A stretch of DNA of 64,000 nt from an uncultured virus (IMG/VR IMGVR_UViG_3300027969_000051). Lineage: Duplodnaviria; Heunggongvirae; Uroviricota; Caudoviricetes. Below are positions 28,798 through 38,800 of this stretch, piece by piece; within the stretch, counting starts at the first letter, position 1; each line of letters begins with the position of its first letter. Both the position numbers and the translations under genes were made by a program. The notes under the pieces are model-generated. The model saw nothing but the letters and a program-made list of their open reading frames with translations, made no database searches and was not told the origin of the DNA. Location: IMG/VR virus record IMGVR_UViG_3300027969_000051. One strand, given 5' to 3'.

Positions 28798-29817
28798 TTA
28801 TGACCCGTTTGTTTGATTGGCTGCTGTTTCTGTCGTGTGCGCTACACCTTCTAGTCCATGCGTAGGATTATCAAATGTATTAGACTGCACACTTGGGTTG
28901 CCAACTGCATCAGTGCTTAATGTTTTTTGTAGATTTTCTAAGAATGCAGGATCGCCAACATGAACTGCACGGTTAGTTGGTGCAATACTTTGTCCTGGAA
29001 CTCCTAAGCAATCTGTAACTTCTTGACGAATTTGTTTAGCAAGCTCGAGCAAGTCAGTGTCTAAATCAACACCACCAGCAGTTGCCCTAGCAACTTTGCC
29101 ATATTTTGCAATATTGGCTGGACGATGTAGAACAATAGTGCTAATAGTTGGATTAGATCTAGCATCAATTGATGCTACAGCTTGACCAGGATTTGTATCT
29201 AGACCACCTTCTACCATAGTCGGTAATACGATTTCTGGTTCATGCTCACCTACAAGGCGAGCACTGCGTGGCCATGGCGGGATTGGATAATGTACTGTGC
29301 CCGGAGTTCTGCCGTTGGCTTTTTCATTAGGTATTAGTTGGCGTAGTTGTTCTCTGTAGAACATCCACTCTGAACGTAATGGTTCTGGAGTGTCAAAGTT
29401 AAACGCAGAGTCAGAACCTTGTAACTGAGTGTCTCGAGCATTTTTAACATCATCCCATGACGGTGGAGGAACTTGTGTCCAAACAAACTTTTCAGTCGCC
29501 CAGTCGTAATAGCACTTGCCCATGTCGAGATGGGTAAGAGCCCAGTCTGCAGAACCCGGTGAAAGGTCCATAGAACCTGGATCAACAAACACTTTCCATG
29601 CCTCACTGCCCTTGTCAACTTCGACAAAAGTACGATGTACGCCAACTACTTCATCGTAGTTATGTTCGCCGGGAATATGATGATCGAGATAAATTCCGTG
29701 ATCAATATATCCTGGATTTGGGCTGTCTGCGGCCCATATTAATAACCAAACTGCTGAACTGTGATCACCTAAGATCTCATCTTGTGCTGTTTGTCCTGCT
29801 TGTGTATTTTCCGCCAT
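28798..29817 (-). CDS. Protein with central tail fibre assembly chaperone domain and N/C extensions
   Basis: WDDVKNARDTQLQGSD...EWMFYREQLRQL...YPIPP. Confidence 0.7.
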   Translation of the reverse strand: MAENTQAGQTAQDEILGDHSSAVWLLIWAADSPNPGYIDHGIYLDHHIPGEHNYDEVVGVHRTFVEVDKGSEAWKVFVDPGSMDLSPGSADWALTHLDMGKCYYDWATEKFVWTQVPPPSWDDVKNARDTQLQGSDSAFNFDTPEPLRSEWMFYREQLRQLIPNEKANGRTPGTVHYPIPPWPRSARLVGEHEPEIVLPTMVEGGLDTNPGQAVASIDARSNPTISTIVLHRPANIAKYGKVARATAGGVDLDTDLLELAKQIRQEVTDCLGVPGQSIAPTNRAVHVGDPAFLENLQKTLSTDAVGNPSVQSNTFDNPTHGLEGVAHTTETAANQTNGS

Positions 29818-29833
29818 TTTGATATCCTTATTT

Positions 29834-30706
29834 TTACATCCAAATTCTTACTAGTCCGGGGGCACCATCGCCACCACAGGCACATACGTTACAGCAACAA
29901 CTTGGCCATCCGCCAGTGCCGCCACCTCCTGGGAACATTCCCGTTTGACCGCAAATGCCTACGCCACGGTCCATATTCAACCATAGAGGAATATAACCGG
30001 TACCCCAAACTCCTGAGCAGGCTGCATAACCATGGAATATTTTCTTGCCACCCATCGGTGATCCGCCACCCCATGACATGCCTCGGCATGCGTAGTTGTT
30101 TGCATCTGACTGCCATACGCCGCCATCTTCGCCCTTTTGATTCAGTCTTCCACCGTATGCATATGCACCGTTGGCGTTCGACCATCCGCCTACTGGTTGG
30201 CAACGGCTTTCGCCACCCCAGCCGCCTTCGGCACAGAAGTTACTTAAACCGGTACCTGTTACAAATGTACAGCCGCCTCGGCAACCACAGCAACATAAGT
30301 TACTGTTAATCCAGTTTGAGGAACCTTTGCCGCCACCTGAGCCGCCGTAGCCAGCACAAATTGTGTATGTTGTTCCTGGAGTTGTATCAATAGTGCCTGA
30401 GCGTGAATATGCTCCGCCACCACCGCCAAACCCTGCGCCACAGCAATAGCATCCGCCTACGGATCCACCACCTCCACCTCCACCCCATATTTCAAATGTT
30501 ACTGAGCAAACGCCAGTTGGTACGGTCCATGTTGTTGTATAACCGCCTGAGCCGGTTGAGTTTTGAGGGTTGCCGCCACCGGATGCACCAATGTCGCAAA
30601 GGCCGTTTGATGAACCTGTAAATTGTACTAGGCACGTACCTGAGCCGTAGTATGTGTTGTTTGTAGCATTATCTAGTGTTACTGCTTGTGTAATATAACG
30701 TGGCAT
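29834..30706 (-). CDS. Cys/Gly-rich adhesin-like virion protein 2
   Basis: WTVPTGVCSVTFEIWGGGGGGG...GLVRIWM; about 22 Cys. Confidence 0.75.
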   Translation of the reverse strand: MPRYITQAVTLDNATNNTYYGSGTCLVQFTGSSNGLCDIGASGGGNPQNSTGSGGYTTTWTVPTGVCSVTFEIWGGGGGGGSVGGCYCCGAGFGGGGGAYSRSGTIDTTPGTTYTICAGYGGSGGGKGSSNWINSNLCCCGCRGGCTFVTGTGLSNFCAEGGWGGESRCQPVGGWSNANGAYAYGGRLNQKGEDGGVWQSDANNYACRGMSWGGGSPMGGKKIFHGYAACSGVWGTGYIPLWLNMDRGVGICGQTGMFPGGGGTGGWPSCCCNVCACGGDGAPGLVRIWM

Positions 30707-30715
30707 GTGTTCTCC

Positions 30716-31561
30716 TTAATACCAAATTTTAACTAAACCTGGAGCACCTGCGCCACCGCAGTTACATGCGGCACAGTTATCGCTACCGATAACACCTGAG
30801 CCTCCACCGCCGGGAAGCTGTCCTGGCATACCTGGGTAAAAACAACGACAGCAGTTCATCCATCCGCGAACTCCGCCAGTTCCACCTGCAGGGCCACCAC
30901 CATTTCCGCCATAGCTTTCCATTCTACAACCGTTGCCTGAGCAACCTAAACTTGTTCCACCCATACCGCGTGTTGTAATTCCGCAAGTTACTCTTGAGCC
31001 TGCAACTACTCCGCAACCATAGTTAGGTTGATTAGTGCCGTTACATGAGAAATAACTGTTACACATTGCACAACCACCACATCCTGGTGTTGCACAGAAG
31101 TTTTCTAATCCTGGACCTGTCACAAATGTTAGTCCGCCTGCACAGCCACAACCCGGAACTGATCCTGAACACGGTGTACCTACTTGACACACCATACCGT
31201 ACGGAAATTCGGCTCCACCGCCCACACATACTGTGTATTTTTCACCGGGGCATGTAGATACGGTAGCACTTGCATAGCCACCTCCACCACCTCCGGGTGT
31301 CGCTTGACAGCAACAGCAGTCACCCGCTGATCCGCCAGAGCCGCCTGCGCCCCAAGCTTCGATAACAATGTGAGTTACGCCTTCTGGAACTGTAAATTGG
31401 TAGCAACAACTTGCATTAATACACCAACGTGGATAACCCATACCGCCTACATAATTACAGACTCTGCGTTGACGGCATAGTGTAGAACCTGCAGTAGTTA
31501 CTTGAGAGTCGTCTACGTAGTAAATGTCGGTTCTGTTTGGTAGGTCTTGATAGCGTCCCAT
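30716..31561 (-). CDS. Cys/Gly-rich adhesin-like virion protein 1; start corrected to MGRYQ
   Basis: FTVPEGVT..IEAWGAGG..CCCC..GLVKIWY; about 30 Cys; GGAG before ATG 31561. Confidence 0.75.
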   Translation of the reverse strand: MGRYQDLPNRTDIYYVDDSQVTTAGSTLCRQRRVCNYVGGMGYPRWCINASCCYQFTVPEGVTHIVIEAWGAGGSGGSAGDCCCCQATPGGGGGGYASATVSTCPGEKYTVCVGGGAEFPYGMVCQVGTPCSGSVPGCGCAGGLTFVTGPGLENFCATPGCGGCAMCNSYFSCNGTNQPNYGCGVVAGSRVTCGITTRGMGGTSLGCSGNGCRMESYGGNGGGPAGGTGGVRGWMNCCRCFYPGMPGQLPGGGGSGVIGSDNCAACNCGGAGAPGLVKIWY

Positions 31562-31562
31562 A

Positions 31563-31898
31563 TTATACGGTCTCCGTAATTCCCCACGCAACTACGTTAG
31601 TAGTTGACAGGTTTGCTGATGCTAATAAGCTAAATCCTGGTGGTATGATAATTCCGGTTCTTTCAAGAACACCGTATGCCGCAATCAATGCGTTAAATTC
31701 TATATACTCACCTGCTGATGGAGTGCTAGCTGACGTACTTAACGCCAAGTGTACTCTTGTATCAGCGTTTGCTTGATTTGCAAAGTTTACTGTCACTACG
31801 TTGTTTACGCCTGATCCACCGCTGTTTGTGTTAACCACGGTGTAGGTTCCTAACGAGCCATTCAGTCCCGATGCTACGAATCTACTTGCTGTTGTCAT
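31563..31898 (-). CDS. Small beta-rich virion protein (~110-aa family)
   Basis: LALSTSASTP..EYIEF...GVLERTG; paralog of 32513-32839. Confidence 0.75.
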   Translation of the reverse strand: MTTASRFVASGLNGSLGTYTVVNTNSGGSGVNNVVTVNFANQANADTRVHLALSTSASTPSAGEYIEFNALIAAYGVLERTGIIIPPGFSLLASANLSTTNVVAWGITETV

Positions 31899-31917
31899 TT
31901 AATTTCTCCGTTACTCT

Positions 31918-31925
31918 TATTTATA
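31918..31925 (-). promoter_or_regulatory. T4-consensus late promoter TATAAATA
   Basis: Heads the Cys-rich adhesin block; GGAG SD downstream. Confidence 0.85.
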
Positions 31926-31935
31926 CTAATATTAG

Positions 31936-32496
31936 TTACCATGATTGCGACCAAAAAGTTGAAGTTTTGAGCAAACTGTCGGCATATCGTTTTGGCACTG
32001 CCGCAAGCTGTGTACTTGCTTGTCCTAGGTTAGGATATGGAACAGTCACGTTATAGGCCACGTTAGCTGACGAAAGTGCTAGATCGCCACCTGCAGTCAG
32101 TGTCATTGTTTGTGTACCTGCTGTGCTGATTGTTGCCGCGGTGCTGTAACTTATCAGTCCAATAGCCGCAGATGTTAATGTTGATGGTCCACCTGTACCA
32201 ACAATCACAGTGTAATTTGTTCCATCAGCAACAATTTGAATTGTTTGTAGAGTTCTAACTGTTATGGTACTTGCGGCTGACCCAGTAAACTGTCCACTCG
32301 GTGTTGTCAACGTCACGTTACTGCCACTTGAATTATAATATGTAAGTACAGTACCGTAAAATGTTATAGGATTAGGGACCGTGACCGCTGCCGATCCTGC
32401 TCCCAATTCAGTATAAATCCCCTGTGCAGGAGTTTGAATCGTAACCGGAGTTGTTGTTATTTTTTGATAGACCGCTGGGGCTGCGTAACGTGCCAT
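31936..32496 (-). CDS. Putative fibre-associated structural protein
   Basis: Thr-rich; TLTYYN..G.VTL and ADGTNYTV beta module; VPKRYAD fibre-type motif. Confidence 0.65.
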   Translation of the reverse strand: MARYAAPAVYQKITTTPVTIQTPAQGIYTELGAGSAAVTVPNPITFYGTVLTYYNSSGSNVTLTTPSGQFTGSAASTITVRTLQTIQIVADGTNYTVIVGTGGPSTLTSAAIGLISYSTAATISTAGTQTMTLTAGGDLALSSANVAYNVTVPYPNLGQASTQLAAVPKRYADSLLKTSTFWSQSW

Positions 32497-32512
32497 AATT
32501 TACTCTCTCTTA

Positions 32513-32839
32513 TTAAGCTGTTGATGTTTCAATGCCGTATACATTGATGTTTACAGCAGTTGCGCTAACATATCCTAATACATATAAGCCAGCTTGTGCT
32601 ACTAATCCCGTACGTTCAAATACACCTTTTGGAACGATAACAGTATCAAATTCCATTACTTCGTTTGCGTTCGGTGTTGATGCAGATGTGCTTAGAGCTA
32701 GTCTAATAGTAACCGCTGTTGTGTTTGTGTTGGTAAAACTAACGTTGAACACTGAATAATATCCAGCTGGCACTTGATACACTGATGTATAAGTGTTAAT
32801 ACTGCCCGGTGCGTTAGTTCCTAATCTTCCTGTTGCCAT
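32513..32839 (-). CDS. Small beta-rich virion protein (~110-aa family)
   Basis: VYQVPAG..N...IRLALSTSASTP..EFD..GVFERTGLV. Confidence 0.75.
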   Translation of the reverse strand: MATGRLGTNAPGSINTYTSVYQVPAGYYSVFNVSFTNTNTTAVTIRLALSTSASTPNANEVMEFDTVIVPKGVFERTGLVAQAGLYVLGYVSATAVNINVYGIETSTA

Positions 32840-32856
32840 GTTTTATTTCTCCAATT

Positions 32857-35800
32857 TTATCGTTGTGCGAAGAATACAAGGGCTACGGGTGCTCCGTCAA
32901 TGCCGCCTGTAAAGTTCATTTTTCCACTCACATAAATCTGCCCGCCTGTCGTGTTAGATATACTGTTATTAGCAATGAATATCTGACCTGCTGTTAGTGT
33001 ATTTACGTTTAAAGTGCTAGATCCGCCACCAATTTGGGCTGTAATAAAGCTCTTGATTGCCTTTTGTGTTGGCAAAATGTTGTCACTATTAGCTGTAAAG
33101 TACGGATCTGTACTGAATTGCGTAATAGTTGCTGATCCAATGCCTAGGGTAACTGCGCCCAATGTCAATGATTGCAAACCAGCTAAGTTAAACGCACTGG
33201 CATTTAATGTAGCAGTACCAGTTGCCTGTTGTACTCCGAACAAATTACCTACGTTAAAGTTACCATCTTGGTCTGTGGCTGTAAAGAACACACGACCGCC
33301 TGCTGTCGCCAACTGCTGATTCGCTTGTATCGAGTTAGCAGTTGTAACATATGGGTAGTTAGTTTGTGTTTGATTACCGGATCCAATGTACAAATAGTCG
33401 TGTCCAGTTAATCGAACCTGACTATATTTTAATCTAGTGGTAATCTGTATATTGTGAGCTGGCGCATTATTAGTAGTTAGTGCCGGATTAATCTGGAACT
33501 GTGCTGTATATGCACCTGCAATACCCAACTGGTTAGTAATTGCTACTAGTTTATACCATACGTTTGGATTTTGTCCTACATAGGTTAACGTAGCAGTACC
33601 GTCACTTACAGAAATTGCTGTGCTTGTCGGTGCAGAAGTTCCAGTAGTTCCAGTTGCTGTAACAGTATATACATTATAGTAGTAGGTTGTAACACCACCA
33701 CTTGTAATTGTATTGGTTGCGATCAGTTGAATACCAGCTCTTACTACAGTGCTTGCAGTCCAAGGCACACCAGTATAAACTGTACCAAACTGTAAGTTTG
33801 CGCCAGGTTGTGGCATTGCAAATAAATTGCTTACGTTAATATACTGACTATTTTGATATAGATCAGAATACCCGTCGCCGATAGTGCTTGATGTAGCAGT
33901 ACTATTACCTGTACCTCTATTGCTAAAACTTGGATTTGCTAAAGCGCCGAATCCTGTACGCACTCGAGTTAAAACAGCAATAGTTTTGTTAGGATCGGTA
34001 ATAGTAACTACCGGGCCTACTGTGTAAATCATACTAGTCGGAGTTGCGGCTGTTAATGCTACTGGTGTAGCACTACCTGAAGTTGCACTAACTTGGAATG
34101 AAGTGTTAGCAACCACAGAAGAGCCAATTACATAGTATGTAGTATTAGTTGTAATATTACCGGCCGACACACTAAACTCAACTGGTTGTGTGTTTGTACT
34201 GGTACTTAGGTTAGTTGTATCATCAACTAGTAGTGTACCACTACTAGTGGTTGTTATCGATGTTACATTACCTTTTGCATACCCGCTTCCCGGTTCTGCC
34301 ATACGAATTTCTGTAACACTAGCACCGACTACTTTTACTCTTCCTAGAGGGGTAGCACCAGTACGAATACTGTTAGCTGTAGTACCACTTGTATTAGATA
34401 TTGCCACCCATATTGGAGTAGGTCCTAATGTAGTAGTTGCAGGATTACCAAATGTTAGTGCTAACCAATTAGAACTAGCTTGTAGGGCTCGTGAAGTCCA
34501 ATCTAATCCGTCTGGACTTGTGGCGCACACTGTGGTTCCTGTTGCAATCGCCATAAACACCCCTTGACCGTAACGTAAATTACTCCAAGTTGTTACAGCT
34601 GATGGTAGACCGGCATTGGTTGCAGTCCAAGTACATGATGATCCCTTGTCGATATTAATACAAGTTGCGGTTGTGCCGTCTGTTGCAATCGCTACAAACC
34701 GGCCGTTGCCGTAAGCGAGACCGACCCAGTTTTTAGTTGCTGGTAGTACTCCGCCTGCACTCCATGCTACACCGTTTGAACTGATAGATGTAATTGTTCC
34801 GCCATAGTTGATTGCAACAAAGTATCCGTTACCATAGACAACGTCGGAATAATAGCCGGCACTTAATGCAGTAATAGTGCTTGAACGATCAATCCATGCT
34901 GTAGTTGGGCTAGTCGCAGATACTGCTGAAGCAGTACCGCTTGTTCCACCAACTGCGACATAAGTACCATTTCCATAAGCTATTGATTTTAAGTCTGTTT
35001 TACTAGTGCTTGCACCTGCTTGCCAAGCACCTGATAATGTAACAGATTGGCTACTAGTAGTTGTAATAGCTGTTGTTAGTTCAACTCCTCCTGACGTTGC
35101 GGCAACTGTAAATGTTGTTGCAGATAAGATCTGTATCACAAAGTATACTGTACCAGCAGTTAGTCCGCCAACGGTAGTAGCTACTGTAAATGGCATGTTT
35201 GTAGATAAACTTGCAGTGCTAGCTACTGTTACAAATGACGGTGTGCCTTGTGTAGTTGCTGTAAGAGTTAATGTCACAGCAAGCGCATTGGCTGTAATAT
35301 ATGCTGAATTATTGGCATTACCTGAAATTGCCCAATAAGCTGAAGATGAATCAGTTATTGTAATTGTAGGTGTTGAAGTATATCCGTATCCGCCTTGGGT
35401 AAGTGTGTAAGAGCTTACACCGTTATTTGATAATCCAGGATTACTTGCGCCACGTACAGTGGCCAATGTTCCGACATATAATAATGTGGCTGCGCCGTTG
35501 GCCGCACTGCCTGAAGTATGACTAGGTGCTGATGCACTCATTATGCCGCCTACAGTAGCTTGGTAGTAGTTTGTAATAAATGTTACACTGTTGTAGTAAG
35601 AATAATATGCATTTAATGTTGCTGTTGCACTTGCGACCCAAGCTGTTGCATACACCGGAGGACTAAATGTTACAGTCGGAGTACTAAAATAGTCTTTGCC
35701 CCATGTATTGACTGTAATATTTGTTACTGTACCAGTATAGGCTACTGCTGTTGGTACAGAACTATATCCGCTACCAGTAATGGTCATTGTCACTGATTGA

Positions 35801-38800
35801 ATTGTACCATCTAATACCGTAGCAGTAGCGGCTGCACCTGCACCACCACCACCTGCAAACACTATAGTTGGGGGAGTGGTATATCCATATCCGCCATTGA
35901 CTACCGTTACACGCACTACTTGTGTAGATGCAGATCCCGTTCCTAACACGGCTGTAAGTACAGCCCCAGTACCACCAAGTCCACCGACTGTTGCTGTAGC
36001 TTTTGCCAGTTGGCCGCCGCCATATGTTACATCAACCCAATTAGTTGATGCTGGTAATACGCTAGTTGCTGTCCAAGTCTTACCAGTTGTTGAATAAGAG
36101 GCTGTTGTTCCGCCGCTGGCAACTGCTACAAATCCAGGAGCCGCATACGTGGCTGCTGTCCAGGTTGCAGTATTAGACATTGCTCTTGTAGTAGATGTAA
36201 ATCCAGGCGCAGTATAACTAATACGTGGTTCAACAATGTAAGCTGATGTTAAATCAGTTGTAGTTGCAATAGGAGTAGCTGGAACAATATGATCCCAACC
36301 TGCCGCATACAACGTAATAGTTTGACCGCTTGTTGCAGTTAATCCAGTGATGGCCGCGCCGCCGCTTGTTGACGATACTGTAAATGTTACACCGTCTGGA
36401 ATAGTCTTAACATAATATACAGTATTAGCAGTTAATATCCCGGCGGTTGTTGCACTAAGGTAAATTGGCATATTCAAATACAACGTGGCAGTACTTGCTA
36501 CTTGTAATACAGTAGTCGTAGACCCAGTAACTGTTAAATTAGTAAAGCTATCTTTATAAATTTGTGCAATCTTAGTGCTATTGGTATAGGTTAAGATATT
36601 GGCATATTGTCCGACGCCAGTACCTGCAGTGATCTGCACACGCATACCGGCATATGCATTAGTTAATGCTATATCAGTTGCGGCTAGTACAAATTGACCA
36701 ACTGGACCGTTAGCAATAGCACCTACTGCGTTACTTTGTCCGGTATTTGCAGCCGTTACATAGGTTGTTCCGCCGGATGACCCGGTATTATTTGGATCAG
36801 TAATACGTGTTTCAAACACTGCCGCATCACGGAATTCGTCTTGCAAGGTTGTAGGGCTTACACCTGCGCCACTGACTGTTGTTACACTATTAGTGTACCC
36901 ACTACCAGCATTAGAAAATTCTAAACGTAGTACCTGATTAGTTGCATCAGTAACTGTATTAGTAATCTGTGCACCAAAATATCTGTTGTTTAAATTACCG
37001 TATAATGATGTTTCAAATGTATCAGTACCTTCAGCAATAACTCCATATGTACCATATGAGCTATTACCGTTAGTAGCACGTATACGTCCGCCTAGCTCTG
37101 CTAGGTAACCTGAATATGAGAAGTAACAGAATACTGAAACTAGTTCAGTCAATGATCCGTTACCAGTCACCCAGTAACCGATGCCGTCTGATAAAATGGT
37201 CGTATAGTCGTTAGCAACCATAGAACGGTATCCGCCTGCATGTAGACTTCCATCTACTTTACCACCAACACACCCTGTACCAAACATTGTACAGTTTTGT
37301 GTGTAGCATGAACGTCCATAGATCCAACTGTTAGCATCGTTTGGTCCAAAGCCTGGATCTAATGAGCTGTAAGCACCTGCTGTTGGACGTTTTGTACCGT
37401 AGGTGTTTGCTACTGTTAATGTTCCAGTCAATCCGCTCATAGTCATATTACGTAGACCGCAACCATTGCGTACTTGGAACATGTTTTTAAGTTGTGAGCC
37501 GGTAACTGCACTGAGATACAACTCTGTTGCTCTCATTGATTTGTAGTTACCGGTGAAATTTAAGTCATATATTAATGCATTAATGAAAGATGTTGTATCT
37601 CTTACACATTTTGCTACACTGTAGTAATATGCTACGGTAAAACTCTGACCAGTTGTGCCTGTTAATACTGCTGGAACTTGTGAGCCATATCCCGCTTGTA
37701 CTGTTGATAATGTAAATGTTGTAGTACTTGGTACTGTGCAAACATAATAAGGAGTACTTAGTGCAATGCCGCCAGCTACCGTGCCTGTAAAGATCACAGG
37801 ATCGCCGACTACAAATTTGTGTGTTCCACTTGTTACAACATAGTTTGTTAATGTTAATGCAACAGGAGTTCCAGAACTTGCAAGTGTTTGACTAACACTA
37901 ACAGTCCAGACTGACCCTGATCCTGCTGTAATATAAGTTCCATCAGCCGCACCAGTAATAGTAGATAATGTCATACCTATTGCCACTGTGCCTGATACTA
38001 CAGAACTTACAGTTAATGTAGTTCCGCTGATATAACCAGTTATACTTGCTGTGGTAACTGTTGTTGCTGTAACTGTTCCGCCATAGTTTGCGCCAATATA
38101 TGCTGATGCTTCATATGCAATAAAGTTTGTGTTTGCTCGTAGAATTTCCGCGGCATTAATAGTAGTTAATGTACCGTTGTATGCTAATGTACCGTTGGTA
38201 ATTTGATAGCTAGAAGACATACCAGTTGAATTGCTTACCCCTGCTACTACACCGGCAGTCATACTACCTACGGTATTTGTGATCACATATGCTGTTCCAC
38301 TCTTGAAACTGCTAGTGATAGTCAATGTTGTAGCACTTGGGATTGTGTTGATCCAATAGATATTTGCAGGCCAAATTCCACCGGCCTTGTTTACCACTGC
38401 ATTCATAGTACCACCAGGAGTTGCTGTAACCAATGCTACTGCAGCCCCGCCAAAGGTTAAACTTACTTGAATAGTACTGCCAGTTGGGCTGATCACATAG
38501 TACATTTGATTTTGTACAAGATTACCAACTACAACTCCGGTAAAGTATACTTGTTGGCCAGCGGCAATACCTAGACTTGCTACTGTTGCACCTAGTGTAA
38601 TTACATTTGTGCTTGTAGTTGTTCCAGAAACAGTTGTAGTTGTATTTGCCGGCAACCCTGAGAATGTAATTGGCATATTTACAGCCATGCCTGCAGTACT
38701 TGTTACAGTAAGCACGTTAGTTGAGGTCGTTGCGGTAGTTAAAGTAGTAGTTGCTTGACCGTTGATAATATTTACGATATCATCTATTGTTGTTTGCGCT

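Noticed and set aside
29334..30621. Arg/His-rich overlapping ORFs on both strands
   Set aside because: Shadows of GGN and TGY codon bias in the real genes.
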